DNA of 12,950 nucleotides from Laspinema olomoucense D3d (GTDB lineage: Bacteria > Cyanobacteriota > Cyanobacteriia > Cyanobacteriales > Laspinemataceae): assembly GCF_025370715.1 (NCBI RefSeq), contig NZ_JAMXEY010000002.1; one strand, written 5' to 3'. Under the pieces are notes generated by a model. That model saw nothing but the letters and a program-made list of their open reading frames with translations. It was not told where the DNA came from and did not search any database. Positions 1 through 6,541 of the stretch are shown piece after piece. The translations under genes were made by a program, and so were the position numbers. Within the stretch, counting starts at the first letter, position 1; the number at the start of each line of letters is the position of its first letter.

Positions 1-1590
1 AACCACCCGTTGCCCATCGCCGCTGATGGCTACGGCACGTACCCAGTCACTATGCCCGGTGAGAGTGCGTTCCTCCTCCCCTGTGGCCAGATTCCACACT
101 TTCAGGGTCTTATCGTCTGAACCGGAAACCACCCGTTGCCCATCGCCGCTGATGGCTACGGCACGTACCCAGTCACTATGCCCGGTGAGAGTGCGTTCCT
201 CCTTCCCGGTGGCCAGATTCCACACTTTCAGGGTCTTATCCCCTGAACCGGAAACCACCCGTTGCCCATCGCCGCTGATGGCTACGGCACGTACCCAGCT
301 ACTATGCCCGGTGAGAGTGCGTTCCTCCTTCCCGGTGGCCAGATTCCACACTTTCAGGGTCTTATCCCCTGAACCGGAAACCACCCGTTGCCCATCGCCG
401 CTGATGGCTACGGCACGTACCCAGCTACTATGCCCGGTGAGAGGGCGTTCCTCCTTCCCGGTGGCCAGATTCCATACTTTCAGGGTGTTATCGTCTGAAC
501 CGGAAACCACCCGTTGCCCATCGCGGCTAATGGCTACGGCACGTACCCAGCTACTATGCCCGGGGAGAGTGCGTTCCTCCTCCCCGGTGGCCAGATTCCA
601 CACTTTCAGGGTGTTATCGTCTGAACCGGAAACCACCTGTTGCCCATCGCGGCTGATGGCTACGGCAGTTACCGAGTTACTATGCCCGGTGAGAGTGCGT
701 TCCTCCTCCCCGGTGGCCAGATTCCATACTTTCAGGGTGTTATCGTCTGAACCGGAAACCACCCGTTGCCCATCGCGGCTGATGGCCACGGCATTTACCG
801 TGCCACTATGCCCGGTGAGAGCGCGTTCCTCCTCCCCGGTGGCCAGATTCCAAACCTTTAGGGTGTTATCATAAGAACCGGAAACCACCCGTTGCCCATC
901 GCGGCTGATGGCCACGGCACGTACCATATCACTATGCCCGGTGAGAGTGCGTTCCTCCTCCCCGGTGGACAGATTCCAAACCTTTAGGGTGTTATCATAA
1001 GAACCGGAAACCGCCCGTTGCCCATCGCGGCTGATGGCCACGGCACTTACCCAGTCACTATGCCCGGTGAGGGTGCGTTCCTCCTCCCCCGTGGCCAGAT
1101 TCCACACTTTCAGGGTGTTATCCTCTGAACCAGAAACCACCCGTTGCCCATCGGGGCTGATGGCCACGGCAGTTACCGAGCTACTATGCCCGGTGAGAGT
1201 GCGTTCCTCCTCCCCCGTGGCCAGATTCCACACTTTCAGGGTGTTATCCTCTGAACCAGAAACCACCCGTTGCCCATCGGGGCTGATGGCCACGGCAGTT
1301 ACCGAGCTACTATGCCCGGTGAGAGTGCGTTCCTCCTCCCCGGTGGCCAGATTCCACACTTTCAGGGTGTTATCCTCTGAACCAGAAACCACCCGTTGCC
1401 CATCGGGGCTGATGGCCACGGCAGTTACCGAGTTACCATGCCCGGTGAGGGTGCGTTCCTCCTCCCCTGTCGCCAAATTCCACACCTTCAGGGTTTTATC
1501 CAATGAACCGGAAACCACCCGTTGCCCATCCCGGCTGATGGCGACGGCATTTACCGAGTTACCATGCCCGGTGAGAGTGCGGATTAAGGG
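1..1590 (-). repeat. Tandem array of 13 near-identical 126-bp units, each encoding one 42-aa WD40 blade; the array continues beyond the window
   Basis: The motif aaccacccgttgcccatcgc recurs at 1, 127, 253, 379, 505, 631, 757, 883, 1009, 1135, 1261, 1387 and 1513, an exact 126-bp period. Units are roughly 90% or more identical at the DNA level by eye. Differences concentrate in a few codons. Confidence 0.9.
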
Positions 1591-3981
1591 ACCGCCGGGG
1601 GCTGTCAAGTTAGGGAAGAGGGGACGAATCCAGGGTTTTCTTTGACATTGTTGCGCCTGGGTCAGCAGTTGGATGATGGCGGGGAACGTCTCCCTTTGGG
1701 GAGTCTCCTCCGCATACTTGGGTAAATGCTGACCAATGCCCGGAATCCGCTCCCAGAAATAGCGATAGGGAGGTTTAGGGGGGGTCATCTCCCCAAAAGA
1801 CAACAACCGCCCCCAGAGTTGCCCCGCCAGTTGGCTGGTATCCTGCTGCACCACATGGGCGGACAAGCGCACCGCCTCCCCCACTAGCTCCAGGGTCCGA
1901 CTTGCCACCGCCTCTGGAACTGCCTCAAAATCCGCCAACACCGCCCCCACCCCCAGGCGCTCTATCTTCCCCTGCAACCAGGGAAAATCCAGTAACAGGG
2001 GTGGGATGTGGTGTGGGCAAACTTGGAGATGGTGACGAATGGCGTAGCGAGCAAAATACTCATCCGCCGTCGCCTCGTGATAGCCTTCGGGATAGCGTTG
2101 ACCATAAGCGGCGAAAAACTGCTCCTGACGCGCCGTCAAATCCCCCGCCTGTTGGCGCACATAATCCACCTGCAAATCGTGCAGACTCAGCCGATCTAAC
2201 TCATCCCGCAACAGCAACGACTTCGCCACCAAATCATTCACCACATCGGACACCGCCGAGGCATCCAGCCCGATCGCCCCCCAGAAAATTTCCAGCACCC
2301 CCTCGGGAATCGGCCTATCCTCCGGGAAAATCGCCAAATCCAGATACCGAGTCGCCATATCTGACGGCAACGCATCCACACTCACTTGCAGCACTTTCAG
2401 TAAATTGGGATGGGGATAATTCGGGAACTCGTAGGCAATCCGAGCTAAATCTGGCGATCGCAATTTTTCCAGCACATTCCGCCAACGGTTTGCCCCGTTC
2501 CCACGGACCATTGCCCCGGCGATCGCCACTGCCAAAGGCAAATAGCCACATTCCCGCACCACCTCCACCGCCTCCGGTGGCAATCCTTCCCGGTGTTCCC
2601 CCGCCCACTGCGCCACCAACCCTAACCCCTGCTCCTCGGACAACACCCCCACCTCATGACCTTGGGCCGCCAACCCCGTCACTAACCTCCCATCCCGGGT
2701 CGTCACCAACAATTGACACCGTGGCCCCAACCCGTCAAACGCCGCCGCGTGGGACATCTGCCAAACATCATCCAACACCAACAAACAAGCGCGCCCCTCC
2801 AACTGTTGCGCCAGTGCCGCTTTCCCCTGGGGCACATCCTCAAAATAGATGCGCTCCCCGGTGAAATAGGCCACACAGTCCACCAATCGCGCTTTCACGT
2901 TCGGTTTTTGCCCCAAGGTCACCCACAGCACCCCATCGGGAAACCGTTCTCCCACCGCTTCATCCCGCGCCACCGCCGCCGCCAGCACCGACTTCCCAAT
3001 GCCCCCCATCCCCTGCACGCCCACCCGCTGCGCCACCCCCGTCATCACCAAAGTTTGGGACTCGGTTCCCAGCAGCTTGGTTTTAATCGCCTCAACTTCT
3101 TCTGAGCGGGGCAAAAACTTCAGAGGCAAGGACGGCACATTAAACAACTGGGAACGGAGTGCAGCGGTTGCCCCTTCCCCCCCTGCCAGTCGGTCCATCT
3201 TGCCTTCCATGCGCTCTCCCTGTCGCATCAGACGCAAGAAATTCTCGTCTAAGCTACTCAGCACCCGCTCCACATCTTCCCGCTGCGCCAACTTCGGCAA
3301 ATACTGCTGAATTTCCTGAAGCTGCGCCAAAGTTGCCCCATGCAAATCCAACACCATCCCCCCAAACGCTTTCGGGTCATCCTTCAACACCTGCCGCAAA
3401 TACTGGCCAAAATTCGCCGCCAACTCCCCCGCCAACGCCGCCACCACATCCTGATACTCGGCAGCTTCCGCAGGCAAAATCCCCCGCCCATAGCCCCAAT
3501 CCACCAAATCCTCACTTAACTCCTGCCACTCGTCCGCCGTCAAAACCGGGTAGTTGCTGAACCCTCCGGGTGCTTGGCTAAACAGGTGATAAAGCTGCTC
3601 CTCCTGCAAGGTTTCAAACACATTAATGCCCTGCACCCGCTCCAACCAATAGACTTCCACCCCATCCGCCAACCCCTGCAATCCAGCGCGCAAATCCAGG
3701 AACTGGGGGATGATGCGCTCCTCTAAGGTTTTCCCCACCGTCCGTCCCGCCGCCTTCGCTAAATCCTCATTCCGCAACACCTCCCCATGATTGCGAAACC
3801 GATCGAGCAACGCCTCGATCTCATTTGCCCCCAAGCTGCTGATAATCCCACTCGTCACAGTCCATACCGCTTCTGTCCCAGGACTCCCCGCCTTTGCTAG
3901 AGTCCACACAGCCCCCAACCCCAGTAGCGCCGTTTTACCCAATAGGCTTCGATTCACCTTGAGCCACCGATTCGCATCCAT
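1..3981 (-). CDS. STAND/NLR-like NTPase: unknown N-terminal domain, then NB-ARC (AP-ATPase), then a WD40 repeat array. The C-terminus is partial: the gene continues beyond the window start, in-window part 1,327 codons
   Basis: Minus-strand frame is open from the ATG at 3979-3981 (GGAGG 10 nt upstream) to position 1 with no stop. Walker A QGMGGIGKS is encoded around 2990-3013, Walker B ACLLVLDDVW at 2761-2790, and an LLVTTRD sensor motif follows. The linker PWIRPLFPNLTAPGGPLIRTLTGH then leads into 13 WD40 units of consensus SGSxDxTLKVWNLATGEEERTLTGHSxxVxAVAISxDGQRVV. The plus-strand ORFs in the track (26..874, 1034..1645, 1902..2864) are antisense artefacts of this gene. Confidence 0.85.
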   Translation of the reverse strand, partial: MDANRWLKVNRSLLGKTALLGLGAVWTLAKAGSPGTEAVWTVTSGIISSLGANEIEALLDRFRNHGEVLRNEDLAKAAGRTVGKTLEERIIPQFLDLRAGLQGLADGVEVYWLERVQGINVFETLQEEQLYHLFSQAPGGFSNYPVLTADEWQELSEDLVDWGYGRGILPAEAAEYQDVVAALAGELAANFGQYLRQVLKDDPKAFGGMVLDLHGATLAQLQEIQQYLPKLAQREDVERVLSSLDENFLRLMRQGERMEGKMDRLAGGEGATAALRSQLFNVPSLPLKFLPRSEEVEAIKTKLLGTESQTLVMTGVAQRVGVQGMGGIGKSVLAAAVARDEAVGERFPDGVLWVTLGQKPNVKARLVDCVAYFTGERIYFEDVPQGKAALAQQLEGRACLLVLDDVWQMSHAAAFDGLGPRCQLLVTTRDGRLVTGLAAQGHEVGVLSEEQGLGLVAQWAGEHREGLPPEAVEVVRECGYLPLAVAIAGAMVRGNGANRWRNVLEKLRSPDLARIAYEFPNYPHPNLLKVLQVSVDALPSDMATRYLDLAIFPEDRPIPEGVLEIFWGAIGLDASAVSDVVNDLVAKSLLLRDELDRLSLHDLQVDYVRQQAGDLTARQEQFFAAYGQRYPEGYHEATADEYFARYAIRHHLQVCPHHIPPLLLDFPWLQGKIERLGVGAVLADFEAVPEAVASRTLELVGEAVRLSAHVVQQDTSQLAGQLWGRLLSFGEMTPPKPPYRYFWERIPGIGQHLPKYAEETPQRETFPAIIQLLTQAQQCQRKPWIRPLFPNLTAPGGPLIRTLTGHGNSVNAVAISRDGQRVVSGSLDKTLKVWNLATGEEERTLTGHGNSVTAVAISPDGQRVVSGSEDNTLKVWNLATGEEERTLTGHSSSVTAVAISPDGQRVVSGSEDNTLKVWNLATGEEERTLTGHSSSVTAVAISPDGQRVVSGSEDNTLKVWNLATGEEERTLTGHSDWVSAVAISRDGQRAVSGSYDNTLKVWNLSTGEEERTLTGHSDMVRAVAISRDGQRVVSGSYDNTLKVWNLATGEEERALTGHSGTVNAVAISRDGQRVVSGSDDNTLKVWNLATGEEERTLTGHSNSVTAVAISRDGQQVVSGSDDNTLKVWNLATGEEERTLPGHSSWVRAVAISRDGQRVVSGSDDNTLKVWNLATGKEERPLTGHSSWVRAVAISGDGQRVVSGSGDKTLKVWNLATGKEERTLTGHSSWVRAVAISGDGQRVVSGSGDKTLKVWNLATGKEERTLTGHSDWVRAVAISGDGQRVVSGSDDKTLKVWNLATGEEERTLTGHSDWVRAVAISGDGQRVV

Positions 3982-4151
3982 CCTCTGTACCTCCACCACT
4001 GCACCTATTTTACTGAAGGTTCATCACCTTGGACACGATTTGTCAGCAAAAAGTGGGTACGAACAGCGCTATCCGGATTCATGAATTTCACCGCAACGGA
4101 CGGGAGCCATTAGAATAGAAACGTGAATCTGACTTAACCGGAGTGTGTGAC
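3982..4151. promoter_or_regulatory. Divergent intergenic region shared by the STAND gene (minus) and the small-protein/protease cassette (plus); presumed divergent promoters
   Basis: This 170-bp non-coding gap lies between two start codons facing away from each other. GGAGG is present 10 nt upstream of the minus-strand ATG and GGAG 8 nt upstream of the plus-strand ATG at 4152. No -35/-10 pair could be pinned down confidently. Confidence 0.35.
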
Positions 4152-4367
4152 ATGGTGCCATCGGAATTAATCTCAACCTTGAGAGCGCTGAGTCGTTCAG
4201 ATCAGTTCTATATCATGCAGATTCTGCTCTCAGAATTAGCCCAGCAGGAACCTACTCTGATTCAGTCTGAGCAATCTTATCCAGTGTGGTCGCCTTATGG
4301 TGCGGATGAGGCAGCAGATACAATGTTAAAAGTGCTACAGGAGTCTAAATCTCAAGATGATGGGTAA
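4152..4367 (+). CDS. Small acidic hypothetical protein, 71 aa, D/E-rich; partner of the downstream protease
   Basis: ATG at 4152 with GGAG at 4140-4143 (8-nt spacer). The ORF track starts at the GTG at 4143, and ATG 4152 is the more likely start. The frame stays open through an AT-richer stretch. Its stop TAA at 4365-4367 overlaps the next ORF's ATGATG start at 4357. No recognisable family. Confidence 0.5.
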   Translation: MVPSELISTLRALSRSDQFYIMQILLSELAQQEPTLIQSEQSYPVWSPYGADEAADTMLKVLQESKSQDDG

Positions 4368-4788
4368 TCCTGAACGATATCCATTTTTATCGGGTAATCC
4401 GGCATTAGGTGAAGCTAGTTTTTGTCCGTATCTGCCTTTGACCTTGTTTTACCAGGAGAGTTCACTCAAAACCTCCGGGCTGTTAGATACTGGGGCAAGT
4501 GTAAATGTGCTGCCATATTTGACAGGCATTGAGCTGGGATACGAATGGGAGAGACAAACAACTGCTCTGAGCCTGACTGGTAATTTAGCTCAGTATGAGG
4601 CGCGTGTTGTACTTGCTCAAGGGATCATTGGTCAGTTTGAGCCTGTGCAACTGGTATTTGCCTGGACACAAGCTACAAACGTACCGCTCATTCTGGGGCA
4701 GGTAAACTTTTTTATGGAGTTCGATGTCTGTTTCTATCGTTCCCAGTTAGAGTTTGCAGTCAGCCCTAAAACTCCTTCCTCCGAGTAG
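4357..4788 (+). CDS. Retropepsin-like (clan AA) single-domain aspartyl protease, 143 aa
   Basis: Catalytic motif LLDTGASVNVLP (Asp at aa 44, nt 4486-4488) follows a hydrophobic hairpin region. The C-terminal hh-G-x-hh motif LILGQVNFF matches the ILGRD/IIGRN dimer-interface motif of retropepsins and Ddi1. Its size fits a homodimerising half-pepsin. The start overlaps the upstream stop by 11 nt (ATGATGGGTAA), indicating translational coupling. Confidence 0.6.
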   Translation: MMGNPERYPFLSGNPALGEASFCPYLPLTLFYQESSLKTSGLLDTGASVNVLPYLTGIELGYEWERQTTALSLTGNLAQYEARVVLAQGIIGQFEPVQLVFAWTQATNVPLILGQVNFFMEFDVCFYRSQLEFAVSPKTPSSE

Positions 4789-4895
4789 GTTGAATGTTAG
4801 GTTGTTTAATCGTTGCCATAATCTTTGCCGGAACGATTCGATCTATTCGCTGATATCATGGGTAAATTATGTTCTGACCTTCTGAGCAAGCAACC

Positions 4896-6482
4896 GTGAC
4901 TCCTAGCTCTAAACCCTTTGATTCTGTCACTCCCCCGTCTGAAGAAGAACTCACCGATATCGTGGTGATCGGGAGTGGAATTGGTGGATTGTGCTGTGCT
5001 GCTTTATTGGCACAGTATGGGTTCGCGGTGACGGTTTGTGAGAGTCATAGCATTGCAGGGGGTGCAGCGCATGGGTTTTCTCGGAATGGATATACGTTTG
5101 ATTCGGGTCCGTCGTTGCATTCTGGGTTGTCTGACCCTCACTCGGCTCACCCACTTAAACAGGTGTTGGATGCCATTGGTGAAACAGTCCCTTGTGTGAC
5201 TTATGATACTTGGGGTTGTTATCTTCCGGAAGGGGAATTGAATATTGCCGTGGGTGCAGACCCGTTTTGTGAGGTACTGCAACAGTTGCGAGGCAGGGGT
5301 GCGGTGCAGGAATGGCGGAAGTTGCAACAAGTTATGGAACCGTTAGCGGCAGCAGCGAAGGCGATTCCTCCCACTGCGTTGCGCTGGGATTGGGGGGCTG
5401 CGATCGCCACAGCACGGTTTGCACCAGCGGTTTTGCCTCACTTGGGAAACATCGTTAAACTTACCGGGCCCTTTAGTCGAGTCATGGATGAGGTGATTCA
5501 GGACCCGTTTATCCGCAACTGGTTGGATTTGCTCTGTTTTCTGCTCTCTGGACTGCCTGCCTCGGGGACTAGCGCCGCAGAAATGGCCTTTATGTTTGCG
5601 GAATGGTATCGACCCGGGGTCGTGCTAGAGTACCCCATTGGCGGCAGTGGCGCGATCGCAGAGGCATTGGTGCGGGGACTCGAAAAACAGGGGGGACGGT
5701 TGCGGTTGAATGCTCATGTTGAACAAGTGCTGGTAAAAGGCGACTGCGCGGTAGGCGTGCGTCTGCGGGGAGGGACGGTGATTCACGCCCGTCAAGCGGT
5801 GGTATCCAATGCGTCGGTGTGGGATACGTTGAAATTACTACCCCAGGATGCAGTTCCGAAATCGTTTCGCAGTCGCCGTCAAGCCACTCCCGCTTGTGAG
5901 AGTTTCATGCACCTGCACCTCGGCATCGATGCTGCTGGATTACCGGCTGATTTAGCCTGTCATTATATCATTGTTAACGACTGGAGTCAAGGGATTACAG
6001 CCCCGCAAAATGTCGTTTTAGTCTCCATTCCCTCGGTGTTAGACCCGTCCCTCGCCCCACCGGGAAAGCACGCGATTCATGTTTATACACCTGGGAACGA
6101 ACCCTATCATTTATGGGCGGGACTTGAGCGCAATAGTGCGGCATATCAAGACTTGAAGCAAGAACGGGCGCAGGTAATGTGGCAAGGATTAGAACGCATT
6201 ATTCCGGATATTCGGCAGCGATGTGAGGTGACTTTGGTGGGAACACCTCTGACTCATGAGCGATTTTTACGCCGCGATCGCGGTTCTTATGGTCCTGCGA
6301 TTGCGGCAGGAAGCGGCTTTTTTCCGGGTCCAACCACTCCCTTATCGGGGTTATTCTGCTGTGGGGATTCCACTTTTCCCGGAATCGGTTTACCTGCCGT
6401 TGCCGCCAGTGGGGCGATCGCCGCTAATACGATCGCCCCCTTGCACAAGCATCTCGCCCTACTTAAGGCGATCGGTTTTTAA
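4896..6482 (+). CDS. CrtI-superfamily FAD/NAD(P)-binding oxidoreductase (phytoene desaturase / carotenoid isomerase-ketolase related; COG1233-like)
   Basis: N-terminal Rossmann dinucleotide-binding motif DIVVIGSGIGGLCCAALLA...E...GG. C-terminal blocks IPSVLDPSLAPPGKH, GSYGP and CCGDSTFPGIGLPAVAASG are typical of CrtI/CrtH/CrtO-type enzymes. The start is a GTG at 4896, with no in-frame ATG before the Rossmann motif. The exact enzyme cannot be assigned. Confidence 0.75.
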   Translation: MTPSSKPFDSVTPPSEEELTDIVVIGSGIGGLCCAALLAQYGFAVTVCESHSIAGGAAHGFSRNGYTFDSGPSLHSGLSDPHSAHPLKQVLDAIGETVPCVTYDTWGCYLPEGELNIAVGADPFCEVLQQLRGRGAVQEWRKLQQVMEPLAAAAKAIPPTALRWDWGAAIATARFAPAVLPHLGNIVKLTGPFSRVMDEVIQDPFIRNWLDLLCFLLSGLPASGTSAAEMAFMFAEWYRPGVVLEYPIGGSGAIAEALVRGLEKQGGRLRLNAHVEQVLVKGDCAVGVRLRGGTVIHARQAVVSNASVWDTLKLLPQDAVPKSFRSRRQATPACESFMHLHLGIDAAGLPADLACHYIIVNDWSQGITAPQNVVLVSIPSVLDPSLAPPGKHAIHVYTPGNEPYHLWAGLERNSAAYQDLKQERAQVMWQGLERIIPDIRQRCEVTLVGTPLTHERFLRRDRGSYGPAIAAGSGFFPGPTTPLSGLFCCGDSTFPGIGLPAVAASGAIAANTIAPLHKHLALLKAIGF

Positions 6483-6507
6483 AACTCCACAAACCCTATT
6501 ATGCAAT

Positions 6508-6541
6508 GTTCATAGTCACAACTTCAGTCGTTACTATGAAC
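6508..6541. terminator. Perfect 9-bp inverted repeat (GTTCATAGT-16 nt-ACTATGAAC) between convergent genes; possible bidirectional terminator or protein-binding palindrome
   Basis: The left arm 6508-6516 is the exact reverse complement of the right arm 6533-6541. The right arm overlaps the TAG stop (6534-6536) of the minus-strand GST gene. There is no clear U-tract on either side, so intrinsic-terminator status is weak. Confidence 0.3.

Noticed and set aside
1-1590. Could the regular 126-bp repeats be a CRISPR array or a satellite?
   Set aside because: There are no alternating unique spacers. The unit is protein-coding in one continuous frame with codon-position-specific variation, and the repeat length of 126 bp equals one 42-aa WD40 blade.
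26-1645. Long plus-strand ORFs 26..874 (282 aa) and 1034..1645 (203 aa) with the repeating peptide MATARTQSLCPVRVRSS...
   Set aside because: They are the antisense frame of the 126-bp WD40 repeat array. The minus strand translates to canonical WD40 blades (DKTLKVWNLATGEEERTLTGH...) and continues uninterrupted into an NB-ARC domain. The plus-strand peptide is low-complexity and family-less, and it stays open only because the repeat lacks stops in that frame.
1902-3560. Plus-strand proline-rich ORFs 1902..2864, 2713..3105, 2999..3310 and 3159..3560, and the minus-strand ORF 2315..2608
   Set aside because: These are spurious open frames inside or antisense to the GC-rich STAND gene. High GC suppresses stop codons. 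The sense frame carries Walker A, Walker B and WD40 motifs, and these ORFs carry none.
4808-4838. Hairpin AATCGTTgCC-ataatctttgcc-GGAACGATT downstream of the protease gene as an intrinsic terminator
   Set aside because: The stem is 9 bp with a bulge but has no following U-tract. It could equally be part of the 5' UTR of the oxidoreductase gene, and it cannot be supported without transcript data.
3982-4895. First impression that the small-protein/protease cassette is a low-GC foreign islet
   Set aside because: It is AT-richer than its immediate GC-rich neighbours. However, its composition (about 43-50% GC) matches the genes in the right half of the window (mgtE, HDAC-like, yqjG-like). The true compositional outliers are the GC-rich STAND and CrtI-like genes. 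The point is kept only as a weak HIP1-gap observation.
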